Positions 29,767 through 41,801 of a DNA stretch of 64,000 nt are shown piece by piece. Below the pieces are notes generated by a model, which worked only from the letters and a program-made list of their open reading frames with translations, searched no databases and was not told the origin of the DNA. The stretch comes from Sphingomonadales bacterium Ga0077557 (GTDB lineage Bacteria; Pseudomonadota; Alphaproteobacteria; Sphingomonadales; Sphingomonadaceae), in the NCBI GenBank assembly GCA_001464615.1, contig LNFI01000010.1, positions 38,867 to 102,866 of the forward strand, written 5' to 3'. Position numbers and translations under genes: made by a program. The first letter of the stretch is position 1. Each line of letters starts with the position of its first letter.

Positions 29767-30696
29767 ATGACCATTTCGGTTTTCATCGACGGTGCTGCCG
29801 GTACCACTGGCTTGGAAATTGGCGACCGTTTGGCGGCGCGCCGCGATCTTGCGCTGATCAGCCTGGATGACACGCAGCGCAAAGACATCGCAGCACGGCG
29901 CCAAGCGCTGAATGATGCCGATTTCGTGATTCTCTGCCTGCCCGACGATGCCGCCCGTGAGGCGGTTGCGCTGATCGACAATGACCGGACTCGGGTGATC
30001 GACGCCTCAACGGCTTTTCGGACGGCCGATGGCTGGACCTATGGCTTTCCAGAGCTGGAGCCGGGCCAGGCCAATGCCATTGCGACTGCCGCCCGCGTTA
30101 GCAACCCGGGCTGTTATCCCACGGGCTTTCTGGCGCTGGTCCGGCCATTGATCCGCGCCGGGTTGATCCCCGCAGATTGGGTGCTGAGCGTGAACGCGGT
30201 GTCAGGCTATTCGGGTGGCGGCAAATCAATGATTGCTGAATTCGAAGGCGGCGGCGAGACAACGGCCTTCCGCGCTTATGCCATGGCGCTTGCCCACAAA
30301 CATGTGCCCGAAATGCAAAAACATGCTCGGCTCGCGCACCCGCCGCTCTTCCTGCCCGCGGTCGCCAATCGCTATCGTGGGATGGTTGTAGAGGTTGCCC
30401 TGCCCCTCCACGCTTTTCTCCGCCGCCCCAGCCTCGCCGCCTGTGAAGCGATGCTCCGCGACGTCTATCGCGACAGTCCGATCATCCGCGTGGCCGAAGG
30501 CGACGCCGCGCTGGTGCGGATCGAGGATGATGCGGAGACAGATCGCCTCACGATCAGGATCAGTGGCAATAGCGATCTTGGTCAGGCACGCCTCACCGCC
30601 ACGCTTGACAATCTTGGCAAGGGTGCGGCCGGCGCGGCGGTCCAAAGCCTGAATATCATGGCGGGAATCGAGCCGACGACCGGGCTCAATTTGTGA
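29767..30696 (+). CDS. argC: N-acetyl-gamma-glutamyl-phosphate reductase (type 2)
   Basis: VFIDGAAGTTGL, VSNPGCYPTG, SGYSGGG, LDNLGKGAAGAAVQ. Confidence 0.96.
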   Translation: MTISVFIDGAAGTTGLEIGDRLAARRDLALISLDDTQRKDIAARRQALNDADFVILCLPDDAAREAVALIDNDRTRVIDASTAFRTADGWTYGFPELEPGQANAIATAARVSNPGCYPTGFLALVRPLIRAGLIPADWVLSVNAVSGYSGGGKSMIAEFEGGGETTAFRAYAMALAHKHVPEMQKHARLAHPPLFLPAVANRYRGMVVEVALPLHAFLRRPSLAACEAMLRDVYRDSPIIRVAEGDAALVRIEDDAETDRLTIRISGNSDLGQARLTATLDNLGKGAAGAAVQSLNIMAGIEPTTGLNL

Positions 30697-30709
30697 AGGA
30701 CAGCGCCAC

Positions 30710-32173
30710 ATGACTCGCCAGCCCGTGGCCAAGTTGCTGCTTTTTGGCGCAACGGGCGATCTTGCCCAGCGAATGCTGCTCCCATCGCTTTTTGGGTTGC
30801 ACGCTGATGGCCTGCTGCCCGATGGCTTGACGATTACCGGCACCGCGCGATCAGACCATGACGACGATAGCTACCGGGCTTTCGCCGCCACCGCGCTCGC
30901 CACCTATCTGCCTGCCGATCGCAAGGATGAAGCGGTGATCGCCAGCTTTATCGAGCGAATAGGGTATCAGGCGCTCGATGCATCAACGATCGAAGGGTTT
31001 GCCGAACTGGCCGCCAAGATCGGCGATATCTCAGGCGGCCTGGCAATTTTCCTGTCGACCGCCCCCTCCCTGTTCCGCGCCACGATCAAGGGACTTGAAT
31101 CAGCCGGTCTCGCAGGCGCAAATGTCCGCATCGGGCTCGAAAAGCCGCTCGGCCATGATCTCGCCTCAAGCTGCGAGATCAATGATGCCGTCGCGGAGGT
31201 GTTCAATGAGGAACAGACCTTCCGGATCGACCATTATCTCGGCAAGGAAACGGTGCAGAATATTCTGGCGCTGCGTTTCGGCAATACGCTGTTCGAGCCG
31301 ATCTGGAATGCGCGGGGCATCGACAATGTCCAGATCACGATCGCTGAAACGGTCGGGCTGGAAGGGCGCGCCGGCTATTATGACGGTTCGGGCGCAATGC
31401 GCGACATGGTCCAAAACCATATGCTCCAATTGCTCGCGTTGATTGCGATGGAGCCCCCGGCGCGGTTTGACGGCACGTCGATCCGCGATGAAAAGGTGAA
31501 AGTGCTACGGTCGCTTCGCCCGATCAGCGTGGCCGACGCCCCGGCGCTGACAGTGACCGGCCAATATACCAGCGGCGCTGTCAACGGGGAGATCGTGCGC
31601 GGCTATGCCGATGAGCTGGAGCGCCCCTCAACGACCGAGACATTTGTCGCGATCAAGGCCAATGTCGATAACTGGCGCTGGCAGGGCACGCCCTTTTACT
31701 TGCGCACCGGCAAACGACTGCCAGCGCGCCAATCAGAAATTGCTATCCAGTTCAAACCCGTCCCGCATTCGATGTTCGCGGCGCGCGGCGGCAAGCTTCA
31801 ACCGAACACCTTGGTCATCCGGCTGCAACCAGACGAATATGTCCGCCTGTTGGTGATGGCTAAGGAACCGGGGCTCGACCGCGAAGGCGTCCGGCTGCGC
31901 GAAGTGCCACTCGACCTTAGCCTGGACACGCAATTCGCCGGATCGCGGCGCCGGATCGCCTATGAACGGCTGTTGCTCGATCTGATCGAGGGGGATCCGA
32001 CCCTTTTCGTCCGCCGCGATGAGGTGGAAGCGCAGTGGCAATGGATTGATGGCATCCGTGCCGGCTGGGTCGCCAATGATGTGAAGCCAAAATCCTATGC
32101 CGCTGGCAGCTGGGGCCCGTCCGCCGCGGTTGCCTTGACCGAGCGTGATGGCGCGAGCTGGCATGATGATTGA
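30710..32173 (+). CDS. zwf: Glucose-6-phosphate dehydrogenase
   Basis: FGATGDLA, LEKPLG, RIDHYLGKE, DMVQNH, PFYLRTGKR. Confidence 0.98.
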   Translation: MTRQPVAKLLLFGATGDLAQRMLLPSLFGLHADGLLPDGLTITGTARSDHDDDSYRAFAATALATYLPADRKDEAVIASFIERIGYQALDASTIEGFAELAAKIGDISGGLAIFLSTAPSLFRATIKGLESAGLAGANVRIGLEKPLGHDLASSCEINDAVAEVFNEEQTFRIDHYLGKETVQNILALRFGNTLFEPIWNARGIDNVQITIAETVGLEGRAGYYDGSGAMRDMVQNHMLQLLALIAMEPPARFDGTSIRDEKVKVLRSLRPISVADAPALTVTGQYTSGAVNGEIVRGYADELERPSTTETFVAIKANVDNWRWQGTPFYLRTGKRLPARQSEIAIQFKPVPHSMFAARGGKLQPNTLVIRLQPDEYVRLLVMAKEPGLDREGVRLREVPLDLSLDTQFAGSRRRIAYERLLLDLIEGDPTLFVRRDEVEAQWQWIDGIRAGWVANDVKPKSYAAGSWGPSAAVALTERDGASWHDD

Positions 32174-32299
32174 CGCACGCGCATAAAAATTCATCATCTG
32201 CCGGGACTTGATCCGGGGTATTGTGCCACAAGCCGAGCGTTGATGGCACGACATGCCGGGGGGACTCGGCTCGACGCTTTCAAAACCAACGGAGCGACT

Positions 32300-33004
32300 A
32301 TGACCGAGATTGAATGGTGGGACTATGAAGACGCCGATGAAATGGCCGATGCAGTGTCGGGCGATGCGGCGTTCATCATCGAAAGCGCCATCGATGCGCG
32401 CGGTGCGGCCGTCATCGCGCTGCCCGGTGGCAAGACCCCGCTGGCCATTTATGAAAAGCTTGCCAAGGCCAAGCTCGACTGGAAGCGCGTAACGATCCTG
32501 CCGACCGACGATCGGCTGGTGCCAATGGGCGACGCGCTGTCGAACATCACCGCCATCGCCAAGGTATTCCTGCCCAAAGGGGTCCGCGTCTTGCCGATTA
32601 CCAGTGAGGCTGCGGCTGACTACAAGGCCGCTGGTCGCGCGGCAGATGCGCGCTTGCAGGATGTCCATTGGCCGCTCGATCTATGCGTGCTCGGCGTAGG
32701 CGCCGACGGGCATACCGCGTCGATCTTCCCAGGTCCTGATTTCGATGAAGCGGTGAATGGTCCCAAGGAGCGCCGTGCCGTTGGTGTGATGCCAGGCGAT
32801 CTGCCCGCCGAAGCGCCAGTTGCGCGCGTCACCCTGACCCGCGAGGCGATTATTGCGTCGCGCGCGTTGATGATCGCGGTGACCGGGCAAGCGAAGCGCG
32901 ATATCATTGAGCGCGCGATCAATGACGGGCCGATGTCGCCCTATCCGATTGGTCGCATTCTGGCCGATGTCGAATTGCCCGTGGATATTCACTGGAGCGC
33001 ATAA
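32300..33004 (+). CDS. pgl: 6-phosphogluconolactonase
   Basis: [27 protein letters not shown]. Confidence 0.93.
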   Translation: MTEIEWWDYEDADEMADAVSGDAAFIIESAIDARGAAVIALPGGKTPLAIYEKLAKAKLDWKRVTILPTDDRLVPMGDALSNITAIAKVFLPKGVRVLPITSEAAADYKAAGRAADARLQDVHWPLDLCVLGVGADGHTASIFPGPDFDEAVNGPKERRAVGVMPGDLPAEAPVARVTLTREAIIASRALMIAVTGQAKRDIIERAINDGPMSPYPIGRILADVELPVDIHWSA

Positions 33005-33005
33005 A

Positions 33006-34819
<1,814 letters not shown>

Positions 34820-34823
<4 letters not shown>

Positions 34824-35791
34824 CCCAGGTTGTCTCGGTCGATATTGGCGGCACGCATGCCCGCTTCGCCATTGCCGAAGTGGCGGGTGGCCGTGTGGTC
34901 TCGCTTGGCGAACCCGTGACGCAAAAGACCGCCGAGCATGCCAGCCTGCAAACCGCCTGGCAGGCCTTTGGCGCACAGCACGGCGCGCCCCTGCCCCGCG
35001 CTGCCGCGATCGCCGTCGCCTCGCCGATCGGTGGCGATATCATCAAGCTCACCAACAATCCGTGGATCATCCGGCCAGCGCTGGTGAAGGAACGGCTCGA
35101 CGTCGATGACTTCATTTTGATCAACGATTTCGGCGCGATTGGCCACGCCGTCGCGCAGGTCGGGCCCGAGGATTTTCTCCACCTCTGTGGCCCCGACGCG
35201 CCCTTGCCCGATCATGGATCGATCACCGTCTGCGGTCCCGGCACCGGGCTGGGCGTCGCGCAAGTGTTGCAAGTGCCCGGCGGCTATCATGTCATTGAGA
35301 CAGAGGGCGGGCATATGGACTTCGCCCCGCTTGACGGGCTGGAGGACTCCATCCTGAAGCGGTTGCGCAAGACCTTCACTCGTGTGTCGGTGGAGCGGAT
35401 ATGTTCGGGGCCTGGCATCGTGGCCATCTATGAGACGCTCGCTGAGATTGAGGGGCGCGCGGTGCAGCGGCTCGATGACAAGACGATCTGGACGATGGCG
35501 CTCGATGGCAGCGACAGTCTGGCGCTGGCGGCGCTCGACCGCTTCTGCCTGGCGCTGGGCGCGGTGGCGGGCGATCTGGCGCTGGCGCATGGCCCGCACG
35601 GCGTTGTGATTGCCGGTGGGCTGGGCCTTCGCCTTAAGGATAAGCTCGTCAAATCGGGCTTCGAACAGCGCTTCACCGCCAAAGGGCGCTTCCAGAACTT
35701 GATGCGGTCCATCCCCGTCAAGCTCATCACTCACCCGCAACCGGGCCTGTTCGGCGCGGCGGCGGCCTTTGCGCAAAGGCATGCCCAATGA
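34820..35791 (+). CDS. glk: Glucokinase
   Basis: [35 protein letters not shown]. Confidence 0.96.
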
Positions 35792-36447
35792 CCGACCCAA
35801 TGAGCCAAAGTGCGACGATCGACCAAATCATGCGGACCAGCGCCGTCATCCCCGTGCTGGTGATTGACGATGCCGCCACCGCCCGGCCGCTTGCTGCGGC
35901 ATTGGTGGCAGGTGGCCTGCGCGTGCTGGAGGTAACATTGCGGACCCCCGCCGCGCTGGAGGCCATTCGTGAAATGAAGCAGGTGCCCGGCGCAATCGTC
36001 GGGGCGGGCACGGTGGTGAATGCCGATCAATTTGCCAGCGCGATGGCCGCCGGCGCCGAATTTATCGTCTCCCCCGGCCTGACCGAACGGCTCGCTCGTC
36101 CCATCATCGACAGCGGCGTCCCCTTTTTGCCTGGCGTCGCTAATGCCGGTGATATCATGGCGGGCCTCGACCTCGGCCTCACCCATTTCAAATTCTTCCC
36201 CGCCGAAGCGAGTGGCGGCCTGAAGGCGCTAAAGGCCCTCGCCGGGCCATTCTACCAGTGCAAATTCTGCCCGACCGGGGGGATTAGCGAATCCACTGCC
36301 GCGGCATGGCTAGCGTTCGACCCGGTGCTCTGCGTCGGCGGCAGCTGGGTGACCCCGAAAGGCGCGAGTATGGCGGAAGTGGAGGCACTGGCAAGGGTGG
36401 CCAGTGGCCTTAGGGTGCGAGACTTGTCTACAGCTTCAATCGGCTGA
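35788..36447 (+). CDS. eda: KDPG aldolase
   Basis: [27 protein letters not shown]. Confidence 0.96.
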   Translation: MTDPMSQSATIDQIMRTSAVIPVLVIDDAATARPLAAALVAGGLRVLEVTLRTPAALEAIREMKQVPGAIVGAGTVVNADQFASAMAAGAEFIVSPGLTERLARPIIDSGVPFLPGVANAGDIMAGLDLGLTHFKFFPAEASGGLKALKALAGPFYQCKFCPTGGISESTAAAWLAFDPVLCVGGSWVTPKGASMAEVEALARVASGLRVRDLSTASIG

Positions 36448-36506
36448 CTCACGACGATAGGCTGACCGCAACTTTCTTTTGGGCCAGAACCCATTATATT
36501 TGCCCG

Positions 36507-37163
36507 ATGTATCGCTTCCAACATTGGGCTGGACCTTTGATTTTCCTGAGCGCTTTGTTGGGCGTTTTCGGAATTGGAAGACATTTCTTTGTTGCGAAGG
36601 ATGCTATAGGATTCTGGTCAATAGTATTATCTCTGTTGATGTTCTGGCTGACATCTAAAACCGTTGGCCGCGGTTTTGTCACAGAGGCTGCGGCACGTGT
36701 CGCGCGTTCGCCAGATTGGTTTGATTTGTCGAATACTGAGCGATGTTATTTGATGTGTTTTGACTGGCCAGTTTTCGAAACTTTGCGTGAACGAGAGGTA
36801 GAAAAACTTTTCCGGCACGCTGTAATCGCGATAGATTTCGATGATAACACGATCTCACTGCAACCGATTGATGCCATCTATATTATGCCGTATTTTTTGA
36901 TAAGAATTGCTTCGGCCGCATCAGGATTCGGACTGTCTGTGAGCAATCTGTCGCAGGGCGTTTTTGGCGCAAAGATACGGGGCAGCCGAATCATTTTGAG
37001 AACATTGGCAAACGACCAGCGCATCATGATTCGACTACGAAACGAGATCGGAAATCACCTTTCTATTTCGCTCAAACATTTTATCGAAAAACTTGAATCG
37101 GCTTACGTCGATACGCTGAGCCCAGAAGACCGATATCAGTACTTCAGGCAAAAATACGCATGA
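36507..37163 (+). CDS. Hypothetical membrane protein, lower GC
   Basis: 218-aa ORF with two N-terminal hydrophobic segments; visibly AT-richer than flanks. Confidence 0.6.
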   Translation: MYRFQHWAGPLIFLSALLGVFGIGRHFFVAKDAIGFWSIVLSLLMFWLTSKTVGRGFVTEAAARVARSPDWFDLSNTERCYLMCFDWPVFETLREREVEKLFRHAVIAIDFDDNTISLQPIDAIYIMPYFLIRIASAASGFGLSVSNLSQGVFGAKIRGSRIILRTLANDQRIMIRLRNEIGNHLSISLKHFIEKLESAYVDTLSPEDRYQYFRQKYA

Positions 37164-37206
37164 TCAATGTATATCTTGAATTGATGTCGGTGGTGCCCTG
37201 ACTGCC

Positions 37207-37428
37207 CTACCGCTCGCCCAGCGCCTTCCGGATCGCATACCATTTCTGCACATTGACATTATGCTGTTGCACCGTGTCGGCAAATACGTGCCCGCCCGTG
37301 CCATCCGCGACGAGATAGGGCGCCGATGATTGCGCGGGATCAAGCCCAGCGTCGATGCTCGCACGGCGGGGGTTGCAGATGGGGCCCGCCGGCAGGCCCG
37401 TCATTGCATAGGTATTGTAGGCGTTCAT
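37207..37428 (-). pseudogene. Diverged duplicate of the mltG 3' end
   Basis: Ungapped 222-nt match to 39029..39250; 47 mismatches by manual count (about 79% identity). Confidence 0.9.
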
Positions 37429-37445
37429 CGCCCGACCCTGGGGCC

Positions 37446-38246
37446 TTAATAATGGCGGCAGAATTCGGGTTTGTCGTTGCTGAGCCCACAACCGCGATCC
37501 GTTTGCGCGCGGATGCTGGCACAGTTGTTGTGCACGCTACATTGTGAGCTGAGCCCGGGCGTTACCGCATCGCACCGATGCCCAAGCCGCTGGGCAGAGG
37601 CAAAGCCGATCTCACTGACGCAACTGCGCGAGTGCGGAATGTCCGGCGCGTAGCGATCATGACCAGGATGATCGCGGCGATCATGCTTCTTCACGATAAC
37701 CTTGGTGACAGGGTGACCGCGCTTGGCATGCCGGTGCCATGGATGAGTGGGGCGTTGCCACGGCGTGGCTGGCTTCTGATAGCCATCAAGGTAACGATTA
37801 TAGGCAGCGGCGACGCAGCCCGCATCCTCACAGGCATTGCGTTCGCTCACAAAGGCATTTTGCTGGGCAGCAAGAACGCTCAGCCGCTCTGGCGAGGCGC
37901 TACGGTTCGCCGCTTCCCATTGCAGCGCGAGCCGACGGTGCAGCAGTCCGAGTTGATCATGTTCGCAGACCAGCCATTGCGCGCGCCGCAGCGATCCCGA
38001 GCAGGCAAAATCCAGCGATAGCCAGGCGTCAGGCGGCGGGACATTCTCGTCATAGCGAAACCGCGATTGCCGCTTCAATTCGGCAATCCGCGCGCGCTCC
38101 CGGTCTTCCCGCTGGCGCGCCAGCCGGTCTTCATAGGCACGCCGTTCATAGCTGCGCTGGTTAGCGTCACGGGAATAATCCGCGTTTCTATACCAATCAC
38201 AGCTATTTAGGCCGATCAGCATTAGCAACAGCATGAGCTTTTTCAT
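37446..38246 (-). CDS. Lipoprotein with LprI (lysozyme-inhibitor)-like domain and Cys-rich C-terminal domain
   Basis: Lipobox GLNSC; DFAC...LVCEHDQL..LHRRL...QNAFVSERNACEDAGCVAAAY; C-terminal SC..C...QC..NNC...GC. Confidence 0.65.
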   Translation of the reverse strand: MKKLMLLLMLIGLNSCDWYRNADYSRDANQRSYERRAYEDRLARQREDRERARIAELKRQSRFRYDENVPPPDAWLSLDFACSGSLRRAQWLVCEHDQLGLLHRRLALQWEAANRSASPERLSVLAAQQNAFVSERNACEDAGCVAAAYNRYLDGYQKPATPWQRPTHPWHRHAKRGHPVTKVIVKKHDRRDHPGHDRYAPDIPHSRSCVSEIGFASAQRLGHRCDAVTPGLSSQCSVHNNCASIRAQTDRGCGLSNDKPEFCRHY

Positions 38247-38520
38247 CGGGAGGCCTTCCGAATCGCCGAGCTGGCGTCATGACGTCACTTTTTCATGAAA
38301 CCGGCCTGTACGAAAGCTGAATTACTGACCCAGGCGGAATGTTCCTCGCCGTCGGGAATCGCAGATGCAAGCGCACCCCACCTGCCATCATTCGATCCGG
38401 TTCGTTGCGCCAGCTGCGCCTGGGTAATACCCAAAGGCACGCAAATGATCGAGGTAGAAGCGATAGCGCGGGCGGCGACGGCGTTGCGTGAGGTACGGGC
38501 GGCGGATGGCGACGCACGCC

Positions 38521-38982
38521 CTAAAATGGAGCGGGAAACTTATACAGCAGCGTCACACGCTGGATGTTGCGATCGTTTTCCAGCACCACCTCTATCTCCC
38601 AATACCACTTGCCAAGCCCTTCGGGGAAGTAAGTCAGGCGAATTGGCTGCCAGAGACGATTGTCGGTTGGGACACGCGTGAAACTCCAGACTTTCTGGAA
38701 CGGCAGGTCCAGAAATGCCTTTCGGGACGATATCTTTGTCGCGGCGTTTGACGCCATTGATCCCGCCAACAGGTCGAATGGCACAAACGCATTGGCCGTC
38801 ATCCGACGTTGCGCGTCTTCCAATCTTCTAACTAGGGTAGCCGCCTCCTCTTCAGTTAATCCTTGGAGGTGCGGCTTGGTTGGAGCTGCTGAAGCGGTCG
38901 CCAGCTGAGCTGACTGCGCGAGGGCATCCGAGGGGTGCAGGAATAGGCCGACAACAACAACAACTTGCCAAATAGTCATCAT
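38521..38982 (-). CDS. Hypothetical secreted protein
   Basis: SD GAGGAGG; signal peptide ending ALA-Q; 153 aa. Confidence 0.65.
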   Translation of the reverse strand: MMTIWQVVVVVGLFLHPSDALAQSAQLATASAAPTKPHLQGLTEEEAATLVRRLEDAQRRMTANAFVPFDLLAGSMASNAATKISSRKAFLDLPFQKVWSFTRVPTDNRLWQPIRLTYFPEGLGKWYWEIEVVLENDRNIQRVTLLYKFPAPF

Positions 38983-39028
38983 CGCCTCCTCAGTGAGCGC
39001 TCTCGCCTTGGCCAAGCAGCGATCCGCC

Positions 39029-39997
39029 CTATCGTTCGCCGCGTGCCCGGCGGATCGCATACCATTTCTGCACATTGGCGTTGTGCTGGTCGAGCGTGTC
39101 CGCAAACACATGCCCGCCCGTGCCGTCTGCCACAAAATATAGCGCAGTCGATTGCGCCGGGTCGAGCACCGCGTCGATGCTGGCGCGCCCCGGGTTGCAG
39201 ATCGGCCCGGCGGGAAGGCCCGTCATCGCATAGGTATTATAAGCGTTCACCGCCTGCACCTCTGAACGCAGGATCCGCCGCCCCAGCGGCTTGCCCTTGG
39301 TGATCGGATAAATGATCGTCGGATCGGCCTGGAGCATCATCCCGCGCTTGAGCCGGTTCGAATACACCGCCGCGACCGTGCGACGTTCAGATGCCTTGCC
39401 GGTTTCCTTCTCGACGATGGAAGCAAGGATCAACGCCTCACGCGGCGTCGTCACCGCGATGCCGGGCTTGCGATTGTCCCAGGCTCTGGCGAGATATTTC
39501 AGCATCGCGCGCTGCATCCGATCAAGCACGCCCTGGCGGGTATCACCGCGTTGGAAGCTGTAACTGTCGGGCAGCACGGTTCCCTCGATCGGCACGGCGA
39601 CGTCACCCACCAGGCCGCTTGCCGCCATCAGCCGCTCCTGGACTACCACTGAGGGCAAGCCTTCTGGAATCGTCACAAAGCGTTGGAGCGTCTTCCCGCC
39701 TTGCAGCAGCTTCAGAATATCAGCCTGGCTGAGATGCGCGGGCACGCGATATTCACCGGCCTTGATCGGCGCGCCCGACCCAAACACTTTGGCAAACAGC
39801 TTGAACCGGGCGGCCGAGGGAATCATGCCCGCCGCTTCCAGCCGATCAGCGGTGCCAGACAGCGTTGCGCCTTCAGCCACCTGGAACGTCGCGTTTCTGG
39901 GCGTCGGTCCCCGGCCACCCCAATCCTGCACCAGCAGGAACAGCGCGCCGATTGCAACAAGGACCACGATCAGGCCGAAACAGCCGAGTTTGCGCAT
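39029..39997 (-). CDS. mltG: Endolytic transglycosylase MltG
   Basis: LASIVEKET, LQADPT, YNTY..TGLPAGPICNPG, LYFVADGTGGH. Confidence 0.96.
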   Translation of the reverse strand: MRKLGCFGLIVVLVAIGALFLLVQDWGGRGPTPRNATFQVAEGATLSGTADRLEAAGMIPSAARFKLFAKVFGSGAPIKAGEYRVPAHLSQADILKLLQGGKTLQRFVTIPEGLPSVVVQERLMAASGLVGDVAVPIEGTVLPDSYSFQRGDTRQGVLDRMQRAMLKYLARAWDNRKPGIAVTTPREALILASIVEKETGKASERRTVAAVYSNRLKRGMMLQADPTIIYPITKGKPLGRRILRSEVQAVNAYNTYAMTGLPAGPICNPGRASIDAVLDPAQSTALYFVADGTGGHVFADTLDQHNANVQKWYAIRRARGER

Positions 39998-40031
39998 GCT
40001 AGCCCACTTTCGTTTCAGCCGATCGACCGGA

Positions 40032-41291
40032 TCAGATTGCCTTCATCACCAGGCTGGCATTGGTACCACCAAAGCCAAAGCTGTTGTTGAGCACTGCTTT
40101 TACCTGCCGCTCCTTGGCGACATGCGGCACCAGATCGACGCCTTCGCAGCCATCGCTTGGGTCATCCAAGTTCAGCGTCGGCGGCACGATCTGGTCGCGC
40201 ATCGCCAGAATGCAGAAAATGCTCTCCACAGCGCCCGCGCCACCGAGCAAATGCCCGATCGCGGATTTGGTCGAACTCATCGACAAGGTGCCGATCGCAT
40301 TGCCGAACAGGCGGCGAACCGCGCCCAGTTCCAGCTCATCGCCCAGCGGGGTCGAGGTGCCATGCGCATTGATATAGTCGATATCGCCAAGCGACAGGCC
40401 TGAGCGCTTCATCGCCATCTGCATCGACCGGAACGCCCCTGCGCCCTCCGGATGCGGTGCGGTGACGTGATAGGCATCGCCCGACATGCCGTAACCGACG
40501 ATCTCGGCATAGATCTTCGCGCCGCGCGCTTTGGCGTGTTCATATTCCTCAAGGCAAACGACACCAGCGCCTTCGCCCATCACAAAGCCGTCGCGGCCCT
40601 TGTCATAGGGGCGGCTGCCCCGTTCCGGTGCGTCGTTAAACCCGGTCGACAGCGCGCGGGCCTGCGAAAAGCCAGCGATACCAATCGGGCAGATCGCGCC
40701 TTCGGCCCCGCCGGCGAGCATCACATCGGCATCGTCAAGCATGATCATCCGCGCGGCATCGCCAATCGAATGCGCGCCCGTCGAACAGGCGGTGACCACC
40801 GCGTGGTTGGGCCCCATCAGGCCGTATTTTATTTGCACCTGGCCCGAGATCAGATTGATCAGCCGACCATGCACGAAATGCGGGGAAACGCGGCGCGGCC
40901 CCTTTTCATGAAGCACGATCGATTCGCTGGCGATGCCCGGCAAACCGCCGATTCCCGAACCGATCGAGCAACCGGCGCGCAGCCGTTGTTCTTCGGTCAT
41001 ATCGGTCAGACCGGCATCTTCCAGCGCCTGGCCAGCGGCGTCGATGCCAAAAATAATGAACGGATCGACCTGGCGCTGCACCTTGTGGTCAACGCGCTTG
41101 CCGGGATCAAAGCCATACGCATGGTCGGCCGGCTTCACCTCACAGGCATAGCGGCAGACATAATCGGTCGCGTCAAAGCGCGTGATCATTCCCGCGCCAG
41201 ACTTTGCGGCCAGAATGTTGGCCCAGGCTGTTTCGACATCCGCCCCTAGCGGGGTGACAAGTCCAAGCCCGGTGACGACAACACGGCGCAT
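40032..41291 (-). CDS. fabF: Beta-ketoacyl-ACP synthase II
   Basis: MRRVVVTGLG, TACSTG, NAHGTST, GHLLGGAG, NSFGFGG. Confidence 0.98.
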   Translation of the reverse strand: MRRVVVTGLGLVTPLGADVETAWANILAAKSGAGMITRFDATDYVCRYACEVKPADHAYGFDPGKRVDHKVQRQVDPFIIFGIDAAGQALEDAGLTDMTEEQRLRAGCSIGSGIGGLPGIASESIVLHEKGPRRVSPHFVHGRLINLISGQVQIKYGLMGPNHAVVTACSTGAHSIGDAARMIMLDDADVMLAGGAEGAICPIGIAGFSQARALSTGFNDAPERGSRPYDKGRDGFVMGEGAGVVCLEEYEHAKARGAKIYAEIVGYGMSGDAYHVTAPHPEGAGAFRSMQMAMKRSGLSLGDIDYINAHGTSTPLGDELELGAVRRLFGNAIGTLSMSSTKSAIGHLLGGAGAVESIFCILAMRDQIVPPTLNLDDPSDGCEGVDLVPHVAKERQVKAVLNNSFGFGGTNASLVMKAI

Positions 41292-41434
41292 GGCAATCTC
41301 CGTTCTTGCTTCAAATACCAAAGCGGCCCCCCAACCCCGGAAAACCCTGGGACGAGGAGCCGCTCAGTCGTTTCGGCCCCACAGGGCCAGGGGGCTGTCC
41401 GGGCGTATCGCTCGCGCGATGCTGCCCTGAATGC

Positions 41435-41671
41435 TCAGCCCTTATGCTCGTCAATATAGGTGATCGCATCCTTGACGGTGCCGATCTTCTCAGCCGCATC
41501 GTCAGGGATCTCGACCCCGAATTCTTCCTCAAACGCCATCACCAGCTCGACGATATCAAGGCTGTCGGCGCCCAGATCATCGATGAAACTTGCATCTTCG
41601 GTGACCTTTTCGGTCTCGACGCCGAGATGCTCGACGACGATCTTCTTCACGCGATCGGCAGTCTCGCTCAT
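41435..41671 (-). CDS. acpP: Acyl carrier protein
   Basis: [14 protein letters not shown]. Confidence 0.98.
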   Translation of the reverse strand: MSETADRVKKIVVEHLGVETEKVTEDASFIDDLGADSLDIVELVMAFEEEFGVEIPDDAAEKIGTVKDAITYIDEHKG

Positions 41672-41801
41672 GCTATCTTCCCTCTTGTAGCGTTGGGTGT
41701 TTGTAATCCTGATCGCACGTAGAACGCGTTGCCGGACCTTGCAAGGGGGGAGCCGTCACCGCACCGCAGCGATATGATATTAGCCCCCCGATAATGGCGC
41801 A

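Noticed and set aside
38285-38440. Minus-strand 51-aa frame containing LGITQAQLAQRTG (XRE HTH-like)
   Set aside because: Only one helix matches, no recognition helix and no convincing SD; may be chance or a very old remnant.
41300-41434. CUGAG and GAAAC strings in the acpP-fabF spacer resembling a hammerhead core
   Set aside because: Order and spacing do not give stems I-III or CUGANGA; treated as ordinary intergenic structure.
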